Source: a virus. From it: 64,000 nucleotides of DNA. The first letter of the stretch is position 1, and each line of letters starts with the position of its first letter. Below the pieces are notes generated by a model. The model saw only the letters and a list, made by a program, of their open reading frames with translations, did no database searches and had not been told where the DNA came from. The stretch covers positions 1 through 64,000 of IMG/VR virus record IMGVR_UViG_3300041964_000068. The stretch is one strand, 5' to 3'. A program made the translations under genes and the position numbers. Below, piece by piece: positions 41,526 to 51,360 of this stretch.

Positions 41526-42268
41526 ACCATCGCTCTTGGGGGTGCAACCAGCTTGACAAGTCGCCAAAGCTCGCCGCAAAACGACACAAGGCGAGCTTCG
41601 ACCTGTCGCTCGCACATCACCCCATCGCTGACCCGCCTCGCTTTGTAATTGATTCGTGCCAGTTTCCCTTGAGCGTCTAAGATCGCCCCGGAAAATCGGC
41701 AGAGTTCATCACTTGGAAAGTAGATCCCGTTATTGGTGACGGAGATCATTTCCTGTTTGCAAACTCCCGACGACATTTCAATGCCGTCTGAGAACAAGTA
41801 GGGACGATTGTCCCGCATCCGGGTGAAGCTCCCGCTAAGGCCAAATTCAGAAGTATGTCGTCTCAGTTCCGCAAGAACTTGCTCCTCGGAAGTGACTTCA
41901 ACAAAGCTTGTGAGCGGCATTTTTAGACCTCTTAACTCAAGATTAAGCGGCAGGACTAGTACTCTGTCACCGTACACTAGCCGTACCTTCTTAATCTTGG
42001 GATAAAAATCCCCAAGATTGCAAGGGCTGGACGCACTTAAGCGATCGTCTTGTTCAAATAAATAAAAATCGCGATTCATTGCGTATAAATGTTCACGCGA
42101 GCGAGCATTTACGATCAGTGTCTCGTCAAATATACTGAGATCGGCTCCTGCGAGTAACCTCTGTAAATCTCTGCTCAAAGATTGCCTTAAAAAGCTGGCT
42201 TCGAGCTTGCGGCGGAACTGTAAATTTTTCATGCGAAGCGAAAGGTAAAATTCCCGAACCCGAATCAA
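41522..42268 (-). CDS. Protein with C-terminal PAS-like domain
   Basis: GSFTRMRDNRPYLFSD...SGVCKQEMI...INYKARRVSDG...VEARLV; architecture resembles 15915..16640. Confidence 0.5.
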   Translation of the reverse strand: MIRVREFYLSLRMKNLQFRRKLEASFLRQSLSRDLQRLLAGADLSIFDETLIVNARSREHLYAMNRDFYLFEQDDRLSASSPCNLGDFYPKIKKVRLVYGDRVLVLPLNLELRGLKMPLTSFVEVTSEEQVLAELRRHTSEFGLSGSFTRMRDNRPYLFSDGIEMSSGVCKQEMISVTNNGIYFPSDELCRFSGAILDAQGKLARINYKARRVSDGVMCERQVEARLVSFCGELWRLVKLVAPPRAMV

Positions 42269-42327
42269 GTGTAAGCACGGAGAGGCACAAGGGGAAACAC
42301 TTCCCCGATTATAGGTGCAACTCTTAA

Positions 42328-42954
42328 TCAGTTTCGGCTAAATCCTAAAGTTTTAGTCCGCTCTGCCTTCGGGTAGATGACAGGGCTTAACAGCGGCTTC
42401 TTCTGTTGCTGCTTACGCTTTCTCTCTTCATATTGCGCCTGAATACGAAGCTGGGCTTCATAAAAGTTTAGAAGCTCCTCCGTCCTTTTACGGATATAAC
42501 CAATGTCGGCATCGAACTTAGCTGTCAGCACTTGGCCTTGGTCGATCATCTCAAGGATCTGTTTGGCAAGTGTCGCCATCTCCTGAAAATTATTGATCCG
42601 CTTCGGCCTAAGCCCCAGCAGCGCCTTGTCTAGATGTAAGGCGGGAAGGTGTTTGATGCCGAAATCATAGCTGCCGTCCGATCGACGATAGCGAATCACT
42701 TCCCCACATCCAACCATCTGCTCCAAGCGGGTAATCTTTCGTTCCGCTACCTCAACCCCTTCAGGCGGCTTGCCCAAGTAAAGCCAGAGGTGATCGATCC
42801 TCCTTGGCTTGTGTTTGTCGTGTAGGTGTGTAAATGGCTGGATCGCCACGTTCTCAAACAGGAAACGGGTCTGCCCGTTCTCCTGCTCCCACCACGTCTC
42901 AACAAATCCTTTGTACTGGACTTTGAAGCCCAACCAGTCTTCTAGGGGTCGCAT
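42328..42954 (-). CDS. Hypothetical protein (OB-fold-like)
   Basis: FLFENVAI...IDHLWL...GEVIRYRRSDGSYDFGI. Confidence 0.6.
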   Translation of the reverse strand: MRPLEDWLGFKVQYKGFVETWWEQENGQTRFLFENVAIQPFTHLHDKHKPRRIDHLWLYLGKPPEGVEVAERKITRLEQMVGCGEVIRYRRSDGSYDFGIKHLPALHLDKALLGLRPKRINNFQEMATLAKQILEMIDQGQVLTAKFDADIGYIRKRTEELLNFYEAQLRIQAQYEERKRKQQQKKPLLSPVIYPKAERTKTLGFSRN

Positions 42955-42984
42955 ATATTGTTACCTCAACTAACTTAAGCTTAT

Positions 42985-43040
42985 TCTTGACGTAATCACC
43001 TAAAAACGTCAAGATGAAATCAAGATTAGATCAAGATTAG
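42985..43040. promoter_or_regulatory. Divergent control region: inverted repeat plus class-II motif
   Basis: TCTTGACGT-N12-ACGTCAAGA; ATCAAGATTAG in tandem twice. Confidence 0.55.
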
Positions 43041-43139
43041 ATACAAAAAACGCCCCAGGGCAAAGGGGCGAGAAAGTGTAGTCGCAGGTCTAATCTATCA
43101 CACAGTAGCTTACGCCTAAGCTCAGGAGGAAAAACCGTC

Positions 43140-43682
43140 ATGCCCAAGTCAATCACAAGCGGATCGAAGGAAAGAACCCCCGGTCAGCAAGCCAATATCA
43201 CCGGAGCTTGGTTCGCCGCTGAGGTGGCGAGATTTATTGAAGGGTGCGGATTCCAGGCTGAAGTCGCCTATCAGACGGAGATGCGCCGACGCGACAATAA
43301 GCGCATCGTCCTGTCAGTGTTTATCCGCCCTTGCCCGCTATTCCCGTCCGGGCTGGGCATTGATGCTACCGATCAGCAGGGCGCAGGCAGCGGAGCCGAC
43401 AAAATTCATGGCAAGGTCTACCACATCTGTACGGGGTGGACTTGTCCCGGCGTCATGATTATTGAGGGCGACAACCGCGACATTACCCCTGCTCGACAGT
43501 GGGCAAAAGAACGGGTCGGAGACGATTGGCTCAACCCCAAACATGGGGACAGCAAAAATCTTCTGGGTGTGTTCACGCTGAAGGAATTCAAGCTCTGGCT
43601 GATAGACGCCAAGACTTCCGAGAAAGTCAAACCTGCGGTGTTTGAACCGGAATTCGCATACGAACAGGCAACACTTCTTTAG
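43140..43682 (+). CDS. PD-(D/E)XK-like protein, possibly degenerate
   Basis: ANITGAWF...LGIDATDQQGAGSGADKI resembles the IExKxQxxxGSxDEK family. Confidence 0.45.
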   Translation: MPKSITSGSKERTPGQQANITGAWFAAEVARFIEGCGFQAEVAYQTEMRRRDNKRIVLSVFIRPCPLFPSGLGIDATDQQGAGSGADKIHGKVYHICTGWTCPGVMIIEGDNRDITPARQWAKERVGDDWLNPKHGDSKNLLGVFTLKEFKLWLIDAKTSEKVKPAVFEPEFAYEQATLL

Positions 43683-43712
43683 CCGATTTACTCACAGCTA
43701 CTTAAGGAAAAG

Positions 43713-43949
43713 ATGATGACTACTCAAGATAGATTTGACGAATTCAAGCAGCTAATCACGTCAGACATCCGTAATTCTGACGCCCCGCAGTCCGACTTAC
43801 TTCGCTCGTTCTTGCTGTTCGGGCTTTTGTTTGAAAAAGGAACTTCGCAAGAACTAGCCGAAGCTAAAGCCTTGATCTCCCAGAACGCCAATCGGTTGCT
43901 ATGCGTGGAGCCATCAAGCACCGCTGAAGAGAGCTTTCGAGAAGGCTGA
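43713..43949 (+). CDS. Hypothetical protein
   Basis: AAGGA RBS plus ATG. Confidence 0.55.
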   Translation: MMTTQDRFDEFKQLITSDIRNSDAPQSDLLRSFLLFGLLFEKGTSQELAEAKALISQNANRLLCVEPSSTAEESFREG

Positions 43950-44178
43950 AAGCAAGTTATGAGCGGAAAAACAATTCCCCTCTCTCAACTCTGGGAGCCA
44001 GATTAATGAAGCATCCGATCGAAATAGAACTGGCTTGGCAAGTCCGACCATTCCCGAAACTTTTCCCCAATCTTGGCTATGAAGGTGAGCCGTTCTTGGG
44101 ATACCGAGAAATCTACTATGACGGCAAGCACCGTATGTTTGGTTTTTGGTGGCTCTCTATTCACTGGTACATATAAAC

Positions 44179-44811
44179 ATGGCTGAAAATTCAATGAGCG
44201 AATACCACAAGATTCAAAGTGTTTTCAAGCGCGACCCTGCAACGAGAAACAAGCGGTTTGTGATGTGGGATTATTCCCTGCCCGAATTTGAGTATCTTGC
44301 TCACAACCCTTGGGTGGGAACTGAAAAGGTTGACGGGACAAACGTTCGCATTTCCAAGAGCGGTATCTACGGCAAGACTGATAACGCACAAATTCATCAA
44401 GGGCTGATTCCTCACCTAATCGATGTTAAGGATCGGGTCATCCGGTCAGAGTTGCCGGATGACACTATTTTGTACGGTGAAGGGTACGGAGCAAAGATTC
44501 AGTCAGGCGGTCAATACCTACCTGACAGACAGGCGTTTGTTTTGTTTGACGCCAACATTTCTGGGAATTTTCAGCCGCGATCGAGCGTTCTAGATATTTC
44601 GATAAAGCTAGATCTTCCCGTCTGCCCAATCCTTGAAACAATGACGCTAGTAGAGTGGGTGGCGGCGATCGAGGCGGGTAAGTTTCGCGAGTCGATTTTG
44701 CATCCTGGCGCGAAAAACGAAGGGGTTGTTTTGCGTCCTGCAACAGAATTAAGAACTCGTGACGGGCATCGCGTTATCACCAAGCTCAAGTTCAAAGATT
44801 TTGGCTTGTAA
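44179..44811 (+). CDS. Rnl2-type ATP-dependent RNA ligase
   Basis: EYHKIQSVFKRD; TEKVDGTN (motif I); LYGEGYG; FVLFD; EGVVLRP; ITKLKFKDF. Confidence 0.85.
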   Translation: MAENSMSEYHKIQSVFKRDPATRNKRFVMWDYSLPEFEYLAHNPWVGTEKVDGTNVRISKSGIYGKTDNAQIHQGLIPHLIDVKDRVIRSELPDDTILYGEGYGAKIQSGGQYLPDRQAFVLFDANISGNFQPRSSVLDISIKLDLPVCPILETMTLVEWVAAIEAGKFRESILHPGAKNEGVVLRPATELRTRDGHRVITKLKFKDFGL

Positions 44812-45044
44812 TGAAATACACAATCATCCAGCACGACTATAACTACAGCAACAAACCGCCTTACACTAGAGAGTTTTTCTGCACAGGGCATTACTTTGTC
44901 TTCGCGGGTAACGCTGTACTCGCATTTTGCTTTTTCACTCCTAAAGCCTGGAAAAGCATTGGCATAAAAACCGAATGGTTAAACAAAAACAAAACAGCAT
45001 GGGGACTCAATTTGTTTTGGGTTCAAATGTCTTGGATGTCTTGA
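44811..45044 (+). CDS. Hypothetical protein
   Basis: TAATG coupling. Confidence 0.5.
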   Translation: MKYTIIQHDYNYSNKPPYTREFFCTGHYFVFAGNAVLAFCFFTPKAWKSIGIKTEWLNKNKTAWGLNLFWVQMSWMS

Positions 45045-45054
45045 GGACAAAATA

Positions 45055-45936
45055 ATGGGTAAGGATTCAAAGATCGCTTGGACAACGCACACTTTTAACG
45101 CCTGGTACGGTTGCGACGAAGTATCCCCGGCCTGCGATAACTGCTACGCTCGGCTGTTGATGGATGAACGCTATCACAGAGTCAAGTGGGGTAAAGGTCA
45201 ACCAAGAATTAGAACCAGTGAAAAATACTGGAAACAGCCCTACCAGTGGGACACTGAGGCCAAAGCTCAAGGCGTCCGGCATCGTGTGTTCTCGCTGTCG
45301 CTGGGAGACTGGCTGGACGACGAGGTTCCAATCGAGTGGCTAGCCAGTCTCCTTGCTGTTGTCTTCATGACACCTCATCTTGACTGGCTACTGCTTACCA
45401 AGCGAATCGAAGACTTTGAAAGCCGGATGTACCAAGTTGTTCGCACGATAGAAGAAGGCACTCCGGCCTGGGTTCTGGCTGAGGACTGGAGGAACGGCCT
45501 TCCGCCGCAAAATGTGTGGCTAGGGGTGACAGTTGAGAATCAAGAGATGGCTGACAAGCGTATTCCTTTACTCGCGAATGCTCCTGCCAAAATCCGCTTT
45601 TTAAGCTGTGAACCGCTGCTAGAGGGAATCGACCTGAGTAAATTCTTTAACATTTACTCCAGCGGTGAAGGCACGAACAGCTACGCCTCAGATCAGCCCT
45701 TCGATCAGGTCATTTTTGGCGGAGAGAGCGGCAGCAATGCTCGACCATTCGATCTAAGTGCAACGCGAAAGATGATCCAGCAATGCAACTCAGCGGGTAT
45801 CGCAGTCTTTGTTAAGCAACTTGGGCGGCGACCTGTCGAGAATGGGGTGACGCTAAAGCTGAGCGATCGAGAGGGCAAGAACATTGAAGAGTTCCCCGCC
45901 GATCTCCAAATTCGTGCGTTTCCTGATCGCGGCTAA
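45055..45936 (+). CDS. DUF5131 (phage Gp37/Gp68) radical-SAM-like protein
   Basis: IAWTTHTFNAWYGCDEVSPACDNCYA; LLTKR; NVWLGVTVENQ; FLSCEPLL; GGESG; FVKQLG. Confidence 0.92.
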   Translation: MGKDSKIAWTTHTFNAWYGCDEVSPACDNCYARLLMDERYHRVKWGKGQPRIRTSEKYWKQPYQWDTEAKAQGVRHRVFSLSLGDWLDDEVPIEWLASLLAVVFMTPHLDWLLLTKRIEDFESRMYQVVRTIEEGTPAWVLAEDWRNGLPPQNVWLGVTVENQEMADKRIPLLANAPAKIRFLSCEPLLEGIDLSKFFNIYSSGEGTNSYASDQPFDQVIFGGESGSNARPFDLSATRKMIQQCNSAGIAVFVKQLGRRPVENGVTLKLSDREGKNIEEFPADLQIRAFPDRG

Positions 45937-45977
45937 ACAATCGCTTAAGCTTAAGCAGACCTATTCTGCTTAAGCCG

Positions 45978-46235
45978 ATGACGATTACCGCGACTAAAAT
46001 CCCCCTACGCCCCGGTCAACCGATCGGGCAAAGAACAGACAAGCTTGCGGCGTCTTGGGCGACAACAGCTTACCTACTGTTTGACCAACAAGCCGCTTGT
46101 TGGTATGTGGTGCTGAATAGCAAGGTTCTCTCGGTTCACAACAACGAGACGGCAGGTAAAACCGCGCATAAGAAACTTGTCACCGCTCTGAACGCCCAAC
46201 TACAGACGGTGATTCAATCCTTGATTAAGACTTGA
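45978..46235 (+). CDS. Hypothetical protein
   Basis: ATG ORF downstream of an operator. Confidence 0.55.
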   Translation: MTITATKIPLRPGQPIGQRTDKLAASWATTAYLLFDQQAACWYVVLNSKVLSVHNNETAGKTAHKKLVTALNAQLQTVIQSLIKT

Positions 46236-46260
46236 CGCTTCCCCGTAAGTCGGATACGAT
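46232..46260 (+). promoter_or_regulatory. Early promoter with operator
   Basis: TTGACG-CTTCCCCGTAAGTCGGA-TACGAT. Confidence 0.8.
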
Positions 46261-46295
46261 CAAAAGCGTAGGTAGTTAATCAAGCGAGTCACACG

Positions 46296-48272
46296 ATGCT
46301 TTCACCTTTCGCCAAGATCACTACGGCCTTCCGTGCTTCACAGTCTGCCTGTTCTTTATCGTTACCCAAACGCTGCATGAGCGTTGAAGCCTTGGACGCG
46401 GTTTATCGTAATGTCGCTACGCCCCTCGGCATGGAGATGATCGTGTTCGATCGTGAGCGCGGCCTGCGCTGCGTCAGCTTCCCGGTCGGGCAAGACGGAA
46501 CGAGCTTAGACCCGAATAAAGGCGTGGTGTTTAATTCCCACGTCCGGCTAGGGGTAGTCGTAGGCGAAGAGTTTCACCCGCTTGTGCCTTGCAAGCTTTA
46601 CTCCGAGTCGAACTTTGCAAGCATCCCGACCGGAATGCTTAACGCAGGTGAAACACAACAGATTCGCATGATGGACGGAACGACCTTCACCGATCGCCAG
46701 GGTGTGACATGGTGTGAGCTTGACTCAAATCGCTGGGTAGCCGAAACCGTTCCCTTACCCCGATTCGCTGATCCGATGGTCGAAGTGTGGAACTGGATGC
46801 GAACCTATCTCTCTCCGGCAACAGGCGGGCGGGTGTTATTCGTTTTGAACGGAATCCACCCATACCTTGAAGGGCAGTTTGGCGATAGCGATTTCGGGCA
46901 GGTTATCAAGCAAGGTCTGCTCAACGTAGCAGAAGACCTGAAGCTTTCACATAAGCGCGTTCTGATCTTAGGTGAGCAAGTCACACTCGATCGCAGCTTT
47001 AACGGAATGGTTGAATCGGCCTCACTCTCACTGCCTTCTGTGCGGGAGTTCGCTACGCGCCTGCCGCTAATCTTGAAAGATTTGAATTCCAGCTTTGAGC
47101 AAGCGCGACTGCGTAAAGAGTTTGAAGGCAAGCATGAGGAAGCTCTTGCTCTGACGCTCAAGGTTTCTCTCACACCCGAACAGGAGTTGACCTTGTGCCA
47201 CAAGGCCAGTGGCCTCAGCTTGGAAGAATTCGCCTATGTAATTCGGTTAGACGCTACTTCGCGTTACCGCATTGACGAGCAAACAATCAGCTTAATCGAG
47301 CAGAAACAGCTTGAGAGCTTCCGCGCCAACAAGCTTGACGTGATTGACCTGTCAGGTGAAGACGTTCCGGCTGGACTGGAATCTTTCAAGCAATGGGTTG
47401 CAGATCGCAAAGATCTCTTCTGGGCTTCGGTTGCCGAAGATCGCGATCCTGATGAGATGGACATTCCCGCGCCGAAAGGCTGTCTACTCCTGGGGCTTCC
47501 CGGCACAGGTAAAAGCGCGATGTCGAAGGGACTCGCCCTACTTTGGGGACTGCCTCTCGTGCGGCTGAACCTTCCGGCAATGAAAGATAGTTTCGTAGGC
47601 CAAACCACGAAAAATATCCGCGCGGCACTGGATGCGGTTGAAGGTGGTGGTACGCCGAAGATTTTGTGGGTTGACGAAATCGACAAGGCCGCTGCCGGAG
47701 CCGCCTCCGACTATCAGGGCGATAGCGGTACAAGCAAGGAGTTAATAGGGGAGTTCCTGACCTGGATGCAGGAGAAGCAATCGCCTGTCTTTGTGATAAT
47801 GACGGCGAACGATATCTCTAAGCTCGAAGCCGCCCACCCGGAACTGTTTAGAGCCGGACGCCTTGACGCAACCTTCTTTGTTGATCTGCCGAACGCCACC
47901 GAGCGCGAAGCGATTTTGAGTCTCTACCTGTCAAAGCAAGGCTGCAAGCTCAGCGAAAAAGACATGGCGACGTTGGTGGCGAAGACGGAGACATTCGTCG
48001 GCTCTGAAATCGAGCAGCTAGTTAAGGACGCGATGATCGTCGCCGCTCGGAACGGTCGCCGCAAAAAAGGTGAGCTGCACCTGGGCGATCTGCTCCTCGC
48101 TCGCGAAACCATTCGCCCGATCGCCGCCAAGATGGGCGTCAAAGTTGCCGAGCTACAGAGTTGGGCGAGAGACAACGCAATCAGCGCCTCTCTGCCTGAT
48201 GTTTCTTTGCCTGCGAAACAGAGCAGCCGTCAACCTGTCGCCGTTACCGAACCGGACAACCTGCTGCTGTAG
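46296..48272 (+). CDS. Ycf46-like AAA+ ATPase
   Basis: PKGCLLLGLPGTGKS; LWVDEIDKA; FLTWMQEKQSPVFVIMTAN; PELFRAGRLDATFFVDLP. Confidence 0.9.
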   Translation: MLSPFAKITTAFRASQSACSLSLPKRCMSVEALDAVYRNVATPLGMEMIVFDRERGLRCVSFPVGQDGTSLDPNKGVVFNSHVRLGVVVGEEFHPLVPCKLYSESNFASIPTGMLNAGETQQIRMMDGTTFTDRQGVTWCELDSNRWVAETVPLPRFADPMVEVWNWMRTYLSPATGGRVLFVLNGIHPYLEGQFGDSDFGQVIKQGLLNVAEDLKLSHKRVLILGEQVTLDRSFNGMVESASLSLPSVREFATRLPLILKDLNSSFEQARLRKEFEGKHEEALALTLKVSLTPEQELTLCHKASGLSLEEFAYVIRLDATSRYRIDEQTISLIEQKQLESFRANKLDVIDLSGEDVPAGLESFKQWVADRKDLFWASVAEDRDPDEMDIPAPKGCLLLGLPGTGKSAMSKGLALLWGLPLVRLNLPAMKDSFVGQTTKNIRAALDAVEGGGTPKILWVDEIDKAAAGAASDYQGDSGTSKELIGEFLTWMQEKQSPVFVIMTANDISKLEAAHPELFRAGRLDATFFVDLPNATEREAILSLYLSKQGCKLSEKDMATLVAKTETFVGSEIEQLVKDAMIVAARNGRRKKGELHLGDLLLARETIRPIAAKMGVKVAELQSWARDNAISASLPDVSLPAKQSSRQPVAVTEPDNLLL

Positions 48273-48336
48273 GTCGAGCGTGTCGGGCAGGGTGCATCTA
48301 CTTGAAACTCACATCATTATCAGGAGATAAAAAAAC

Positions 48337-48798
48337 ATGGCTTTTCCTACCTGCCCTCACTGCGGTAAAAACGATACTCGTGTTATTCAAAGTGTCAGGC
48401 TTGAAGGCTGGCGTCGATTCAAATGTCGGAGCCAAGGCTGTCTAAAGTCTTTCAAGCGAGCGTGGGAATTGGACGGCGATCTAAAAGGCAATAGCAGACT
48501 TGCCCTGACACCAAGACCCGCTAATGCAAAATCTCGCATGAACCAAATTACGGCGTTCCCTAAAGCGCCTCGTTCAGACGGCGATGAGGTGCAGCCAGTT
48601 CGCGATCGAATTATTTTCGCCTTCCAGCACCAGACTAATTTAACGATGGATCAAATCAAGAAAGCTGTTCCCGCTACCTACAAAGTATTCGATCAAGCTT
48701 TTGAGCAACTTCTACGCGAGGGTGAAATCAGCCTAGCCAATAAAGGGTTTCCAAAACTTTACCGCTGCAACAATATTCAGTCGCGAAAGTCGAGCTAG
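48337..48798 (+). CDS. Zinc-ribbon plus wHTH-like protein
   Basis: CPHCG...FKCRSQGCLKSF; C-terminal wHTH-like segment. Confidence 0.6.
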   Translation: MAFPTCPHCGKNDTRVIQSVRLEGWRRFKCRSQGCLKSFKRAWELDGDLKGNSRLALTPRPANAKSRMNQITAFPKAPRSDGDEVQPVRDRIIFAFQHQTNLTMDQIKKAVPATYKVFDQAFEQLLREGEISLANKGFPKLYRCNNIQSRKSS

Positions 48799-48800
48799 AT

Positions 48801-49241
48801 ATGGCGCTAGAAATTCGCTCAGCTATACGATTCTTGATCCGAGATCTTGTCAAAGCAGACGGAAGGTTTCGCCGTATTCAGCAATGGCTACCTTGCTACT
48901 GCTTTCCTCGACTTGTCGCCTTGATCTGGCTAATTCCCGAAGTCCAGTATTTCCTCGTTGATGAACTGCTGGAAAAGTTTCTCGGCCTGTCTCGCCGCCT
49001 GATCCTGGAAAGCGATGAAACGGTGGGAGATGAGTTTCAAGCACGGCTCGATCGCACGTTCTCGCAATTAATGCAATTGACGACTAACTTGCGACTGCGA
49101 GAGCAAAAGCCCAGCGTCATCTATGCGGGTGCGGAGCCGTTGTTTATATGGCTTTCAGAACCGCACCCCGAATTCTACCACTACGAACTTTATCATGTTA
49201 TGGTGAAAGTGTTGGGGATGAATCAAGTAGAGGACTCATGA
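48801..49241 (+). CDS. Hypothetical protein
   Basis: ORF in operon. Confidence 0.55.
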   Translation: MALEIRSAIRFLIRDLVKADGRFRRIQQWLPCYCFPRLVALIWLIPEVQYFLVDELLEKFLGLSRRLILESDETVGDEFQARLDRTFSQLMQLTTNLRLREQKPSVIYAGAEPLFIWLSEPHPEFYHYELYHVMVKVLGMNQVEDS

Positions 49242-49822
49242 GCAGCATTAAAAAATGGGGCGGAACAAGGGTCGCCTCTCCGGGCAAAGCGTTAGGCCGT
49301 CCACCGATCGGCGGGCGTGAAATCTGCGTCAGGATCATGCCTTGGCTAATCATGGCATTTAGCTTGAAACAGAAAGATCGCCGCAAACCGGATGCTGCAC
49401 GAATTAAAGAAGCACTGTTCAAAGCAGTCTTGTTCGTCAAGTCCAACCCCGACGACCCGATCGCCAAACTTCAGCCCAGCCGCACGCCCTACGGGGCAAA
49501 GCAAAAAGGTTGGCATCCGAGCGTGACGATGACAAATATCTGGTTCGCCCCGCATTTACTTGCCGCGCTGGAGTCGGTTCGGCAAAGTTTTGAGGACGGC
49601 GAGAAAGAGGATGACTCCCACTTGATTAGACGGTTGTTGACTGTTGCCGCCGCGCTCGAAGGAGCGGTAGAAGGTAGCGATCCTCTACCGGAGTTCTCAC
49701 AGTACGCGAACGCCGCCCCGGACGACAATGGTGAGGGAGTGGATGATCCGGAGGACGTGAAAATCCTCCAGCGGCGTCACGTCAAGCACAGCACCACCCC
49801 TCGCCAACACCGCCGACAGTAA
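49238..49822 (+). CDS. Hypothetical protein (WGGxR..GRPP DNA-binding-like N-terminus)
   Basis: Likely start MSSIKKWGG (ATGA overlap). Confidence 0.55.
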   Translation: MSSIKKWGGTRVASPGKALGRPPIGGREICVRIMPWLIMAFSLKQKDRRKPDAARIKEALFKAVLFVKSNPDDPIAKLQPSRTPYGAKQKGWHPSVTMTNIWFAPHLLAALESVRQSFEDGEKEDDSHLIRRLLTVAAALEGAVEGSDPLPEFSQYANAAPDDNGEGVDDPEDVKILQRRHVKHSTTPRQHRRQ

Positions 49823-49879
49823 CGCCCCACAAGTTTCTCTCCTGCTGCGTCCCCCTACGAAACTAGGGGGATTTTTTTA

Positions 49880-49909
49880 TTGACGCTTTCGCGTAAGCTA
49901 GTGTAATAT
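49880..49909 (+). promoter_or_regulatory. Early promoter with operator
   Basis: TTGACG-18bp (GCTTTCGCGTAAGC)-TAATAT. Confidence 0.75.
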
Positions 49910-49942
49910 GTAAAGTATAAATCAAGTTGAAGGAGAACAGCG

Positions 49943-51295
49943 GTGGCTAAGCTCGACATGGCGGACGTGGTAACACTGGCAAGCGCAGAGGGAACGGGGC
50001 TAAGCAAAAAACTCAGCACGGTACTGGTTGAGACGACGATTAGCATCAGGGTAGGCTTCGGCGCAATCAAGCTGCCGAGCAGCGACTTGAAGGGAAGCGA
50101 ATACCTGTCAAAGGTGTACGCCGCAAATGGTGTAAAGTCCAACGATTCGATTCAAATCTACGAAGCTCAAGGCATCGACCCCGAAAGCGGTAAGGTTGTC
50201 ACTTTAAGCCCAGCCTGGGCAAAGAACAAGCTCACCGCAAGCGCCCAAGAAATACAAGAAGCCTATTCAATCGGCGGCAAGCTCTACTCGCAAGAAGACT
50301 TTCCTAAAGTCAATCAACAGATCGAGCAGATGATCGAGCGGTCTGAGCGGCTACTTGAAACCCTGCTTCTCCCTGTGAACTGGAATGCCGCTGAAGCGAC
50401 TTATCAAGAGAAGGTATCGAACATTTTTGCCGCACTAGCTCAGGAGTCGGCACTGGAGCGCGATCGACTCATCACCGCTGATCCACTTTGCGCGGATGAG
50501 GCGCACAGAGCGCATGAGGAGCGGCTTGAGGGCTACGACCGTAAGCGCTGTCGGATGCTCAACAAGTTCCCCACGCCCGAAGAGTTCCGCAAGAAATTTA
50601 AGGTGTCCAACAGCGAACCGATTGTGCGCGGTTCTGTGATTGGCGCGGTTTCTCAAAGTGCTGACGCCGTAAAACACTTGGCGGAAATTGAAACCGCTCA
50701 AGGTGATTTAGCCTTTGCTCGTGCAGTTTCAGAGGCGCGAAATCGGGCGCTGGAAGATTTCAAGCAGGCGACACAGGAGCGCATCGAAACCCTGCACGAT
50801 GAGTTCAGCGAACATATCCTCAATGCCCTGAAATCACTAGATGGCCTGGGCGCGAAAGAAATTTCCAACAAGGCCAAGAACGCCCTCGACTTTCAGCTAA
50901 CCCGCTGCGAAGCGATTCTCAACCTGCTTGCCGGACTATCACAGTTTGAACCTGACCTGACCAAGCCGCAAACCGATTCGCAAACGGCGATCGAAGCGAT
51001 GGCAGGAATTCAGGACTTGACGAGCAAGCTGCGGCAGGGCTTCGAGGACTCCAGTAACTCTCGTGAACAATGTCAGGCTCAACTGCAAGCCTTCCGCCGC
51101 AGCCTCGCCCAAACGATAAATGTCATCCATCAGGGAGAAGGAACACAAGCTCTGGCGGAATGGTGCTTACTTGATCAGGGTGAAGCGCCGATCGTCGCCT
51201 CTGCCGCTCCTGCTCAAGAGGTTCTGATTGATACGCAGACCTCTAACCCCACGCCCGCTGCAACGCCTTCTAGCGCCGTTGAACTCCTGATCTAG
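49943..51295 (+). CDS. Helical protein, possibly DUF3150-like
   Basis: 450 aa, coiled; NKFPTPEEFRKKFKV motif; AAGGAG RBS. Confidence 0.55.
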   Translation: MAKLDMADVVTLASAEGTGLSKKLSTVLVETTISIRVGFGAIKLPSSDLKGSEYLSKVYAANGVKSNDSIQIYEAQGIDPESGKVVTLSPAWAKNKLTASAQEIQEAYSIGGKLYSQEDFPKVNQQIEQMIERSERLLETLLLPVNWNAAEATYQEKVSNIFAALAQESALERDRLITADPLCADEAHRAHEERLEGYDRKRCRMLNKFPTPEEFRKKFKVSNSEPIVRGSVIGAVSQSADAVKHLAEIETAQGDLAFARAVSEARNRALEDFKQATQERIETLHDEFSEHILNALKSLDGLGAKEISNKAKNALDFQLTRCEAILNLLAGLSQFEPDLTKPQTDSQTAIEAMAGIQDLTSKLRQGFEDSSNSREQCQAQLQAFRRSLAQTINVIHQGEGTQALAEWCLLDQGEAPIVASAAPAQEVLIDTQTSNPTPAATPSSAVELLI

Positions 51296-51304
51296 ATTCT
51301 TAAA

Positions 51305-51347
51305 AAAATACGAGGGCGATCGAATCAACCGATCGCCCTCGTATTTT
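51305..51347. terminator. Bidirectional terminator
   Basis: AAAATACGAGGGCGATCG-7nt-CGATCGCCCTCGTATTTT. Confidence 0.8.
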
Positions 51348-51360
51348 CACCAAGTAGTTT

